From assembly GCA_035308345.1 (NCBI GenBank), contig DATGGW010000394.1, positions 1 through 34,183 of the forward strand: a stretch of 34,183 nt of DNA, read 5' to 3'. Each line of letters starts with the position of its first letter. The stretch's first letter is position 1. The position numbers and the translations under genes are program-made. The notes below the pieces were generated by a model, which saw nothing but the letters and a program-made list of their open reading frames with translations, did no database searches and was not told the DNA's origin. The stretch comes from Ktedonobacteraceae bacterium (GTDB lineage Bacteria > Chloroflexota > Ktedonobacteria > Ktedonobacterales > Ktedonobacteraceae). This document shows, piece after piece, positions 26,576-34,183 of the stretch.

Positions 26576-27283
26576 TTATTTATTTGCCAGCTGATTCACC
26601 CCAATGGGTGCGACAATAATTTGATCGGCCAGTTCTGCTCCCAGGATTTGATCAACCTGCGCGGAAAATTCTCCGACACGAACGCGCAGCGGCCCGCCAA
26701 AAGGAGCGCGTTCTATCAGTTCTATCCTGGTCTCTGGATACAAGCCCAGTTGCCCAAGGTAGCGCAGCTTTTCAGGGTCCTGGTCATTAACGCGCAGGAT
26801 AAGCGCGGGCTGCTTCAATGGGAACTGCTGCAAGCTGTAGCCCTGGCGCGGGATGATTACTCCATCTTTGCTTGGAATGGGATCACCATGCGGGTCAACC
26901 GTAGGAAAGCCAAGCAGCACATCCAACTTTTCCTCAAACTCCTCGGAGATAACATGCTCCAACTTATCGGCCTCTTCATGCACCTTATCCCAGCTATAAC
27001 CAAGCTGGCGCGCCAGGTAGAGTTCGAGCAGGCGATGATGCCGGATGACCTCTTTTGCCTTGCGCTCGCCCAGTGGCGTGAGTCGCACCCCATGATACGG
27101 GAGATGTTCTACCCAACCGGCTGCGGCGAAATCCTTGAATAACATAGTCACGGTGGCATCGCTCACTCTGAGTTGTTCGCTTACCGCCGAGGTCGAGACC
27201 TTCTGGCCGCGTTCCTGCATGGCGAAGATGACTTTCAGGCAATCGCTAATACGCGGCGCGAGTTCTTGAATAGGCTCTTCCAT
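26576..27283 (-). CDS. mntR: DtxR/MntR-family metal-dependent transcriptional regulator with C-terminal FeoA/SH3-like domain
   Basis: wHTH (STSAVSEQLRVSDATVTMLFKD), metal-binding and dimerisation region HHRLLELYL...EADKLEH...DPHGDPIP, and a FeoA-like C-terminus. Start chosen at ATG 27283 (MEEPIQ...) with RBS GGAGGG. It lies directly upstream of mntH. Confidence 0.86.
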   Translation of the reverse strand: MEEPIQELAPRISDCLKVIFAMQERGQKVSTSAVSEQLRVSDATVTMLFKDFAAAGWVEHLPYHGVRLTPLGERKAKEVIRHHRLLELYLARQLGYSWDKVHEEADKLEHVISEEFEEKLDVLLGFPTVDPHGDPIPSKDGVIIPRQGYSLQQFPLKQPALILRVNDQDPEKLRYLGQLGLYPETRIELIERAPFGGPLRVRVGEFSAQVDQILGAELADQIIVAPIGVNQLANK

Positions 27284-27325
27284 GATTTTCCCTCCACCAA
27301 ACATAGATTTTATGTTGCTAAAATC

Positions 27326-27354
27326 ATAATAACACATTTGTAAAATATTTGCAA
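27326..27354 (-). promoter_or_regulatory. Candidate mntR-mntH promoter
   Basis: The minus strand reads TTGCAA (27354..27349), a 17-nt spacer, then TATTAT (27331..27326). An imperfect palindrome TTGTAAAATATTTGCAA overlaps the -35. Confidence 0.4.
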
Positions 27355-27369
27355 GGGGAGATAGAAAAT

Positions 27370-27458
27370 ATGACGACCGCAAGGGTCGCCACTACCATAC
27401 TACGGTTCTAGAAGACACCTCATTCGGATATAGTAGTAGCGACCCTTGCGGTCGTCAT
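27370..27458. repeat. Inverted pair of GACCCTTGCGGTC-family hairpin repeats
   Basis: ATGACGACCGCAAGGGTCGCCACTAC (27370..27395) and GTAGTAGCGACCCTTGCGGTCGTCAT (27433..27458) are reverse complements at 25 of 26 positions, separated by a 37-nt spacer. Each arm can also fold on itself. The pair sits between the end of the MFS gene and the mntR promoter. Confidence 0.65.
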
Positions 27459-27486
27459 ACTCTCTCGACCGCTCTGGAAGCCAGTG

Positions 27487-29001
27487 CTACACGGACTCTT
27501 CACCGAGTAACCGTGTTCCATGCGAAGGGCGCAGCGCTGCTACGACTGCCGCGATGACGCTCAACACGAACGAGATCAGGAACGCCAGGTGCAGGCCGGA
27601 AAGGAAAATCGGAATGATATATGCAAACTTGCCCATGCCGCCGCCGGTGATAAACACCTGTTGAATTGCACCGAAAGGAAGCTGGCTCAGAGCGAGGGGA
27701 AACACAATCGCGATACTGAGCATTTGTCCGGTATTGTTGAGCATATTGAGAATGCCTGCTGCCGCTCCCCTGGTATGCGGTTCGACCGAACTCATGATAG
27801 CGTTGGTATTTGGTGAGACGAAGAAGCCGGAACCACCGCCCATGAGCGCCATGTAAATCGCCAGCAGCCAGAACGGAGTGTTCTGGTTGATGGTGGTGAG
27901 CGCAAACAGCGCGACCGCAGAAATCGAAAGCCCAATCGGAGCAAGGATACGCGAGCCAATGCGATCAGAGAGCCGCCCACTAACAGGGCCAATAAGCATA
28001 AAGGCTGCGCCAAAGGGAATAAGCATTAAGCCCGCTATTAGAGGGTCCTTTCCATAAGGGCCTTGTAGAAAGAAGATCAACAGGAACAGCACCGCTCCAC
28101 GCGCAACTCCATTGAGCAGACCGCTCAGGTTCGCCAGCGCAAAGAGGCGGCTGCGGAAGAGGCGCAACTGGACGAGCGGCACTCTAATGCGAGGCTCTAT
28201 GGCGAGGAAGAGTATCAGACACACGACGCCAATGATAAGAATAGCATAGACAGCAGTCAAAGACAGGATAGGGAAAGCCAGCAAGCTCAGCCCCAGCAGC
28301 AGGCCAGCCAGACCTGCGGCCAGGAAGATGGCTCCAAACCAGTCCATCTGTTGGCGCTCCAAAGGGCGCACGGGTTCGCGCAGTCGCCAGATACCCCAGA
28401 GCGCGCCAAAGATACCTATCGGTACATTAAAGAGGAAGACCCAGCGCCAGGATACCTCGGTCAGCAAACCGCCCACAATCGGGCCAATCAGGAAACCTGC
28501 CGCGCCCGCAATCTGGTTAATGCCGAGTCCAAACCCAACCTGGCCTTTGCGGAACGCATCGGTCACAATCACCGTGCTATTCGTAACGAGCAGAGACGCT
28601 CCGGCGCCTTGAATTATACGCCCCAGGATGAGATCACCGCCATGAAACTGTGGCTGCGCCAATCCTGAAATGAGAGAGCCAACGGTAAAGGCGATAAACC
28701 CACTATTGTAGAGTCGTTTACGCCCAAAGATATCCGCCAGGCGGCCAATGATCGGAGTGAGTACAGTAAGGATGAGCAAATACCCAAGCAGCACCCACAT
28801 AATGGTGAGAAACGTGGCGTGCAGCTCAGCAAGGATATTTGGCAAAGCGATAAGCAGCGCCGAACCCTGAATCGAGGCCAGCAGCGCGCCAACCGTCGTG
28901 ACAGAGAGCGCCGTCCATTGATAACCGTCCTTGTGTCCAGTCGCGACTTCCGGGGGCCGGGCCTCTGCCGAAGATTTGGCGGAGCTATTACGAATGCTCA
29001 T
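27487..29001 (-). CDS. MFS transporter, DHA2 (EmrB/QacA-like, 14-TM) drug:H+ antiporter family
   Basis: 504 aa. MFS motif A-like GRLADIFGRKRLY and about 14 hydrophobic helices. It overlaps the upstream marR by ATGA. Confidence 0.9.
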   Translation of the reverse strand: MSIRNSSAKSSAEARPPEVATGHKDGYQWTALSVTTVGALLASIQGSALLIALPNILAELHATFLTIMWVLLGYLLILTVLTPIIGRLADIFGRKRLYNSGFIAFTVGSLISGLAQPQFHGGDLILGRIIQGAGASLLVTNSTVIVTDAFRKGQVGFGLGINQIAGAAGFLIGPIVGGLLTEVSWRWVFLFNVPIGIFGALWGIWRLREPVRPLERQQMDWFGAIFLAAGLAGLLLGLSLLAFPILSLTAVYAILIIGVVCLILFLAIEPRIRVPLVQLRLFRSRLFALANLSGLLNGVARGAVLFLLIFFLQGPYGKDPLIAGLMLIPFGAAFMLIGPVSGRLSDRIGSRILAPIGLSISAVALFALTTINQNTPFWLLAIYMALMGGGSGFFVSPNTNAIMSSVEPHTRGAAAGILNMLNNTGQMLSIAIVFPLALSQLPFGAIQQVFITGGGMGKFAYIIPIFLSGLHLAFLISFVLSVIAAVVAALRPSHGTRLLGEESV

Positions 29002-29477
29002 GCCTTCACCTCGATCAAGTGATAGAGCGCGGGCAAAGCAGCCTGTATCGAGACACGTTCTTCGTCATTGAGATATTTCAAACGACACTGTAGCGAGCGC
29101 AGACGCGCCTGCTGGTATATATCTACCGCCAGTTTACCAGCCTGTGTGGGTCTGACCCATACTGCTCGCCAGTCTGTATCATCGCGGCTGCGCTCGACGT
29201 ATCCCTGCGTAACGAGCCGTTTGACCATAGCGGTAGCGGTGGAAGGCGCAACCGCAAGTTCTTCGGCGAGTTCCTGCATAGTGCAGCGCTCGCGCTCGAC
29301 CAGCGTGTAGAGGAGCGTCAGTTGTCCAGGTGTAGCGCGCAATTCAACAACTTCATGCCAGGAGGGATTAGCCCGCGATGCATCATCAAGCGATATATCT
29401 GGCCGCAGGCGTCTTAATAATTTCGGGGTGATATCGAGCAGCGCTGTCGTCAGGTCTGTTTCGTGCCGTACCATCAA
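28998..29477 (-). CDS. MarR-family transcriptional regulator
   Basis: 159 aa. Winged-HTH region LTLLYTLVERERCTMQELAEELAVAPSTATAMVKRLVTQGYVERSRDDTDWRAV. There is a 4-nt overlap (ATGA) with the MFS gene. Confidence 0.88.
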   Translation of the reverse strand: MMVRHETDLTTALLDITPKLLRRLRPDISLDDASRANPSWHEVVELRATPGQLTLLYTLVERERCTMQELAEELAVAPSTATAMVKRLVTQGYVERSRDDTDWRAVWVRPTQAGKLAVDIYQQARLRSLQCRLKYLNDEERVSIQAALPALYHLIEVKA

Positions 29478-29492
29478 GCCTTCCCTTCTGTA

Positions 29493-29531
29493 ATCATTTC
29501 GATAATCTAATAATATTGTAAACGAAATGAT
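29493..29531. promoter_or_regulatory. Candidate MarR operator (inverted repeat upstream of marR)
   Basis: ATCATTTCG (29493..29501) and CGAAATGAT (29523..29531) form a perfect 9-bp inverted repeat flanking an AT-rich 21 nt. The near arm is 16 nt upstream of the marR start. Confidence 0.3.
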
Positions 29532-29547
29532 GGGAAAGGGTCAATAG

Positions 29548-31188
29548 CTATGATGAGAATTTTGCGACATTCCATGTACCGGACGCGCCCACGTTCGAGT
29601 CGCACTGGTTCTGTGCGTTCACACTGCAATAGTTGCCCTGGAGGCTGCCATCAGAATGCACCCAGCCCCAGAAGTAAAGAGGAGCATTACCCTTGTATGA
29701 CTGCACAATGAACTGCACATACTTCACAGTACTGATTGTGCCGGTGAAGTTGCCGTCGCCGATCAGCGGGGGATTGACGGTAAAGTAGCCGGTGATGCTG
29801 CCCTGCCCGGCGTTCTGCTGGACCGATAAGGACATGCCCGTGATGATGTTGGAGGTCGTATCGTCTACAGTGCCATTGTAGCTACCTGTGATATTGGGAT
29901 ACAGGACAGGTGTGGGCGTAGTAGTCGGTCGGGGTGTAGGCGACGAGGTGGGGTGAGCGGTAGGAACAACTACCGGCTGTTTTGTGGGCGCGGGTGTACT
30001 TCTTGATGCAGACGTAGTCACAACCACAGTCGGTATCTTTGTCGGGATAGGTATGGGAGAAGTGTTTAATATTACGGTGGTCTGCGCCGTAGGACGGAAT
30101 AAGCTGGCTGCTGGATGAGCGCGCTGGTAGAAGAGATAGCCTACAAAAGTGCCTGCGACAAGCAGGAACGCCAGCAAGAGCAGCAGCAGAAATATTGGGA
30201 GGCGGAAGCGGCGCGAATGTATGCGCGCCGGCGCTGGCATCGAGGCACTTGCGGGCAAGATGGTATTCATGCCGATTCCGGCAGTTATTGGCCCTGTAGA
30301 TGTTGTGGCAAGCACAATCGCCGGGATGCGCAATGGCCGCCACCCCTGATAGGTTGCGAACGCCAGCCAGAATTGCTCAACCGAGGAGAAACGATCATTG
30401 CTGTTCAACGCCATGGCGCGGTGAATTGCTTTTGCCACTACCTGCGGAATACCAGGAACGAGCATATTCACGGGAACAAGCGGGTCAGGCTCATTGCTGC
30501 TCGTTTTCGTCATGCGATCAAGCGCATCGGCGGGCAGCGTGCCGGTAAGTAAGTTGTATATAGACGCGCCCAGTCCATAAATATCGCTGCGCACGCTTGT
30601 GCCGCGACTATATTGCTCAGGAGCGGCATAGCCGGGTGAGCCGGTGCGAAAAGCGGTGGTGGTGCCATCGGGAACGCATTCTTTGGCGATGCCAAAATCC
30701 ACCAGCACCGCATCGTCACCTGACAGGGGTACGATGATGTTGGACGGCTTGATATCGCGATGTAATATGGGCGGCTGCTGGCTATGTAGATAGTGCGCGG
30801 CATCTACAATTGGAGCCAGTACGGCCAATACCTGGGAGAGCGTAAAGCATTTCCCAACACGCTGCCGGCGCAGTGTTTCCAGGTTCGGCCCCTCGATATA
30901 GTCCATCAGCATATAGGTGCGCTGGTGGGCATCGTCATCGAATACGCGGTAGACACGTGGCAGAGCGCGATGATCCAGTTTTTTGAGCAATTCGCCTTCA
31001 AAGAGAAAACGCTGGTGGTCTTTCTTGTTCGGATTACCGGTTTCTTTGAGAGCAAAGAGATTGCCCTTGACGCGTAAATCTCTCACCAGATAAACAGAGC
31101 CATAGCCACCTTTACCAAGCAGCCCTTCGATTACGTAGCGTTCGCGTAAAATGCTCCCCATGGGGAGCCCAGTCTGAATTTCTTGCAA
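29548..31188 (-). CDS. Hanks-type Ser/Thr protein kinase with TM helix, Pro/Thr-rich linker and an unknown extracellular domain
   Basis: GKGGYGSVY, ALKE, HRDIKPSNI, DFGIAKE, GSPGYAAPE. TM segment LPIFLLLLLLAFLLVAGTFVGYLF. C-terminal ~120-aa beta-rich domain. TTG start with GAGGTG upstream; an alternative ATG is at 31161. Confidence 0.9.
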   Translation of the reverse strand: MQEIQTGLPMGSILRERYVIEGLLGKGGYGSVYLVRDLRVKGNLFALKETGNPNKKDHQRFLFEGELLKKLDHRALPRVYRVFDDDAHQRTYMLMDYIEGPNLETLRRQRVGKCFTLSQVLAVLAPIVDAAHYLHSQQPPILHRDIKPSNIIVPLSGDDAVLVDFGIAKECVPDGTTTAFRTGSPGYAAPEQYSRGTSVRSDIYGLGASIYNLLTGTLPADALDRMTKTSSNEPDPLVPVNMLVPGIPQVVAKAIHRAMALNSNDRFSSVEQFWLAFATYQGWRPLRIPAIVLATTSTGPITAGIGMNTILPASASMPAPARIHSRRFRLPIFLLLLLLAFLLVAGTFVGYLFYQRAHPAASLFRPTAQTTVILNTSPIPIPTKIPTVVVTTSASRSTPAPTKQPVVVPTAHPTSSPTPRPTTTPTPVLYPNITGSYNGTVDDTTSNIITGMSLSVQQNAGQGSITGYFTVNPPLIGDGNFTGTISTVKYVQFIVQSYKGNAPLYFWGWVHSDGSLQGNYCSVNAQNQCDSNVGASGTWNVAKFSS

Positions 31189-31310
31189 CCAGCACCTCGA
31201 ATACCTGAAAAGCTATATATTGCAGGGTATTTTGAGACAGACCAATTCCAGGCAGACCTGAGATTCTTCCCTACTGGTAATAAACGAGGTTGGGACGTGG
31301 TTTCTTAGGA

Positions 31311-31736
31311 TTACACGATCTCAATCTTGCCTTCGGTAACAAAATCGTCATCCTGGACTAAGAAGACCCTGCTATATGGAGGCTCAGGGTAGAAACGGTG
31401 GGAGAAAATGATGTACAGGATTTTGCTGAGCTCCGCATAGTCTTTGTCGCGGCGCGAGGGATAGGCTTCGCTCTTGGGGTGGGAGTGGTAGTAGATCATC
31501 TCACCGTCGTACCCTTCGATGTCATCATAGATATCGAGCAGAGTCTCAGGGGCGATAATCGAGAAATCGTCGGGGTGCTCGGCGGCGTTGGCGGTCGGGT
31601 AGTGTTTGACTATTCGACCGTCTTTGCTGCCCAGGGCGCCGCAGGCTTCATTGGGATAACCAGCTACGACGTGCGTGACCATCTCGCGATAAATAGCTTC
31701 AGGAACGCGCACTACAAAGGGTTCGCCAGCTACCAT
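31311..31736 (-). CDS. mec: JAMM/MPN+ metalloprotease (Mec+/QbsD-like)
   Basis: 141 aa. NEACG (catalytic Glu) and the JAMM motif HSHPKSEAYPSRRD (H-x-H-x7-S-x2-D). It overlaps the end of cysM by 7 nt. Confidence 0.85.
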   Translation of the reverse strand: MVAGEPFVVRVPEAIYREMVTHVVAGYPNEACGALGSKDGRIVKHYPTANAAEHPDDFSIIAPETLLDIYDDIEGYDGEMIYYHSHPKSEAYPSRRDKDYAELSKILYIIFSHRFYPEPPYSRVFLVQDDDFVTEGKIEIV

Positions 31737-32674
31737 AACAATTTTTCCTCTAAATCATCTTCCAGTTGATCCAGGTCGCGTGTCCACAGGTCTTCGCTGA
31801 GGTACTTCCAGCCGCCGTCGGCGAGAATCACCACAATTTTGCCGCGTTCCATGCCAGCAGCGACGCGCAGGGCCGCATGCAGGGCTGCGCCGCATGATGG
31901 GCCGGCGAAGATGCCTTCCTGGTTTTTTAGCTGGCGCGTGCGGCGTATGGCATCGCGGCCTGAGACGAGAATCCTGGCATCGAGCAGCGATTGATCCAGC
32001 ACCGGCGGCACGAAGCCATCTGCAAGACTGCGCAGTCCCTGCACACCTTCGCCCTGTAATGGTTCGGCGGCGACGGTCTTGATGGCCGGATTGTATTCTT
32101 TTAAGCGCCGGGCACTGCCGGTGAGCGTGCCGCCGGTGCCGAGACCGGCCACGAACACATCCAGATCGGGCAGGTCACGAATGATCTCGACGGCGGTTCC
32201 TTCGTAGTGGGCGCGGGGGTTCGCGTCGTTGCCATACTGGTAGAGCATCACATAGCGATCATCGGTGCGCGCCAGCTCCTGCGCAAGTTTGACCGCGCCG
32301 TTGCTGCCCAGCGCGCCGTCAGAATAGACAATCTGCGCGCCGTACAACTCGAGCATCTGCCGCCGCTCCTGCGTAACATTGTCGGGCATGACGGCGATAA
32401 AGGGGTAGCCTTTAACGCGTGCAATCATAGCTAGCGCAATACCAGTGTTCCCGCTGGTCGGTTCCAGCAGGATAGAGCCAGGTGAGTCAAGTGAAAGTTT
32501 GCCGCTGGCTTCGGCCTCTTCGATCATCTTCTTAGCGATGCGATCTTTGATACTGCCGGAAGGATTGACGCCCTCCAACTTGGCGAAAATCTGCACGCCG
32601 GGACGCGGACTGAAACTTTTCAGCTCGACAATGGGCGTATTTCCGATGGTATCAAGGATGCTGTTGTAACGCAT
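31730..32674 (-). CDS. cysM: PLP-dependent cysteine synthase (CysM-like, probably sulfur-carrier dependent)
   Basis: 314 aa. PLP-lysine motif NPSGSIKDR, TSGNTGIALA, GTGGTLTG. It lies between a MoaD/ThiS-like carrier gene and a JAMM protease gene. Confidence 0.86.
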   Translation of the reverse strand: MRYNSILDTIGNTPIVELKSFSPRPGVQIFAKLEGVNPSGSIKDRIAKKMIEEAEASGKLSLDSPGSILLEPTSGNTGIALAMIARVKGYPFIAVMPDNVTQERRQMLELYGAQIVYSDGALGSNGAVKLAQELARTDDRYVMLYQYGNDANPRAHYEGTAVEIIRDLPDLDVFVAGLGTGGTLTGSARRLKEYNPAIKTVAAEPLQGEGVQGLRSLADGFVPPVLDQSLLDARILVSGRDAIRRTRQLKNQEGIFAGPSCGAALHAALRVAAGMERGKIVVILADGGWKYLSEDLWTRDLDQLEDDLEEKLLW

Positions 32675-32697
32675 ATGTCTCCCCCAGGCGGGTAAGG

Positions 32698-32970
32698 TTA
32701 GCGGCCACCCGCCATTGCAGGCAGCAGGATGATGGTATCACTGGGACTGACGGTGGTATCCAGTCCCTGCAAGTAGCGCACATCCTGGTCATTGATATAG
32801 ACATTGATAAAGCGGCTGAGGCTCTCTTCTGGCTGAATCTGCTCTTTCAACGCGGGAAAGCGCGCATACAGATCGGCCAGCACCTCGGTGAGTTTGCTGC
32901 CCTGGGCAGTTACCTGTTTCGAGCCACCTACCGAGGCTCGCAAAACAGGCGCTAGACGAACAGTTGCCAT
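32698..32970 (-). CDS. cysO: MoaD/ThiS-family sulfur carrier protein (CysO-like), C-terminus ...AGGR
   Basis: 90 aa of beta-grasp size with a DTIILLPAMAGG-R C-terminus. Context is E1-like and cysM/mec genes. Confidence 0.8.
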   Translation of the reverse strand: MATVRLAPVLRASVGGSKQVTAQGSKLTEVLADLYARFPALKEQIQPEESLSRFINVYINDQDVRYLQGLDTTVSPSDTIILLPAMAGGR

Positions 32971-32996
32971 AATTTATGCTCCTTATATTTTGCACT

Positions 32997-33069
32997 TGTA
33001 GGGACGCGATTTATCGCGTCCTTTGGGGAGTCGCCTCCTTTTGTGGACGCGATAAATCGCGTCCCTACA
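32997..33069. repeat. Compound palindromic intergenic repeat (two inverted 25-nt arms, REP/MITE-like)
   Basis: TGTAGGGACGCGATTTATCGCGTCC (32997..33021) and its exact reverse complement (33045..33069) flank a 23-nt spacer containing GGAGTCGCCTCC. Each arm is itself a hairpin (GGACGCGAT/ATCGCGTCC). This element is the source of the spurious RDAIYRV/GRDKSRPY ORFs. Confidence 0.8.
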
Positions 33070-33088
33070 AATGTTGTATATCCGAATT

Positions 33089-34183
33089 TTATGAACGCAC
33101 CGGGACGGCGCATACATCCGCATATGTCGGCAGATCCTCGAGATGCGCATGCTCACCGCAGGCCGGGCAATTGGGATCGCGGAAAAGGCGCAATTCGCTG
33201 AACTCACCAGCCAGGGCATCATAGGTCATCAATCGGCCAACCAGTGGATCACCGATACCCAGCAAGAGTTTAATGGTCTCTGTTGCCTGCAACAGGCCAA
33301 TGATGCCGGGTAAAACGCCCAGCACACCTGCTTCTGCGCAGCTTGGAGCAAGTGCAGGTGGGGGCGGCTCAGGATAGAGGCAGCGATAACATGGCCCATC
33401 ATATGGTTTGAAGACAGTCAACTGGCCTTCAAAGCGGAAGACGCTGCCATGCACTACAGGTTTGTTGGCGATAAGGGCGGCGTCATTCAGCAGGTAGCGT
33501 GTGGGAAAGTTGTCGGTGCCGTCAAGAATGACATCGTAGTCAGCAATGATGCGCGCAACATTGGTCTCATCCAGGCGCTCGATGTAGGTAATCACCTTCA
33601 CATCGGGATTCAAAGCCTCGATGGTCTCGCGCGCCGACTCGGCTTTGTACTGGCCGATGCGTTCGATATTATGTAAAATCTGACGCTGCAGGTTACTTTC
33701 TTCCACGACATCAGCATCGATGATGCCAAGCGTACCCACGCCTGCCGCCGCCAGGTAGTACGCCGCCGGAGAACCGAGACCACCCGCGCCGATCAATAGG
33801 ACGCGCGAGTCGAGTAATTTGAATTGTCCCTGCTCGCCCACTTCGGGTATTAGCAAATGGCGACTGTAACGCTTCGCCTGCGCCTCGCTCATGGTGCGCG
33901 GCTGCACGAAAGGCAGACCACCGCCTTTCCACTGGCCAAAACCACCAGACATGGAGATGGCATTCTGGTAGCCCATCTGCTTCAGGGTGTTACCCGCCAT
34001 GAGGGAGCGCACACCGCCTGCGCAGTAGAGCACTACCGTCTTAGACTTATCAGGTACCGCTTCTTCTATTTGCAATTCGAGGAAACCACGCGGCACATGT
34101 ACAGCGCCGGGGATATGCCCCTCGTTCCACTCGTGCTTCTCTCGCACATCTACTAAGACAATATCCTGCCCCTCGCTGCCAGC
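33089..34183 (-). CDS. Rhodanese-domain / MoeB-ThiF-type E1-like adenylyltransferase fusion (MoeZ-like), N-terminus off the right edge
   Basis: The frame stays open to position 34183 (AGSEGQDIVLVDVREKHEWNEGHIPGA...). Rhodanese active loop CAGGVRS. E1 domain RYSRHLLIPEVG, GAGGLGSPAAYYLAAAGVG, NLQRQ, and zinc Cys pairs CYRC ... CPAC. Confidence 0.88.
   Translation of the reverse strand, partial: AGSEGQDIVLVDVREKHEWNEGHIPGAVHVPRGFLELQIEEAVPDKSKTVVLYCAGGVRSLMAGNTLKQMGYQNAISMSGGFGQWKGGGLPFVQPRTMSEAQAKRYSRHLLIPEVGEQGQFKLLDSRVLLIGAGGLGSPAAYYLAAAGVGTLGIIDADVVEESNLQRQILHNIERIGQYKAESARETIEALNPDVKVITYIERLDETNVARIIADYDVILDGTDNFPTRYLLNDAALIANKPVVHGSVFRFEGQLTVFKPYDGPCYRCLYPEPPPPALAPSCAEAGVLGVLPGIIGLLQATETIKLLLGIGDPLVGRLMTYDALAGEFSELRLFRDPNCPACGEHAHLEDLPTYADVCAVPVRS

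Noticed and set aside
26534-27142. 202-aa + strand ORF starting MDTINRVPANG
   Set aside because: It starts inside the hairpin repeat and runs antisense to the well-supported DtxR/MntR-family gene. It has no recognisable motifs.
26512-33069. Possibility that the recurring palindromes are a CRISPR array
   Set aside because: The copies are kilobases apart, lie in separate intergenic regions, are inverted rather than regularly spaced direct repeats, and there are no cas genes. I treat them as REP/MITE-like elements.
32976-33224. ORFs 32976..33224 (+) and 32983..33222 (-), encoding CRDAIYRV...GRDKSRPYK peptides
   Set aside because: Both are read-through translations of the palindromic repeat arms. 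The same peptide appears on both strands because the DNA is an inverted repeat. They also overlap the 3' end of the E1 gene.

Overview
This looks like a chromosomal segment. Coding regions are moderately GC-rich and intergenic regions are AT-rich. Gene content and the palindromic intergenic repeats (the ones that give spurious RDAIYRV/GRDKSRPY peptides) suggest a Chloroflexota, possibly Ktedonobacteria-like, genome; that is inference only. I support about 30 CDS and one tRNA-Thr(CGU). I see no rRNA, CRISPR array, transposase, integrase or recognisable phage or defence module. Main blocks, left to right: (1) a minus-strand run of rdgB, a DnaQ-exonuclease/DinG-like fusion, a GAF histidine kinase and a small partial ORF. 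(2) An HD-GYP phosphodiesterase and a membrane GAF-PP2C phosphatase. (3) tRNA-Thr with a consensus promoter. (4) A lipoprotein, a DUF1992 protein, and glgA directly abutting an orphan larC. (5) A five-gene cytochrome bc (b6f-like) operon: b6-type cytochrome b, subunit IV, Rieske, a fused cytochrome c/cupredoxin, and an unknown polytopic membrane protein. (6) A NarL-type two-component pair. (7) A zinc-ribbon membrane protein plus a small acidic protein. (8) An FAD oxidoreductase and mntR-mntH. (9) marR plus a DHA2-type MFS efflux pump. (10) A Hanks-type Ser/Thr kinase. (11) A sulfur-carrier-protein cysteine biosynthesis cluster: rhodanese-E1, CysO-like, CysM, JAMM/Mec. The most unusual items are the cytochrome c/type-1-copper fusion and the unknown membrane protein in the bc operon, Qo motif APWY in place of PEWY, the ATPase-dead DinG-like domain fused to an intact exonuclease, the CysO-like carrier ending GG-R next to a JAMM protease, and two families of intergenic hairpin repeats. 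Nothing in the window convinces me it is an entirely new multi-gene system. All domain calls come from reading motifs by eye and need HMM or structure confirmation.
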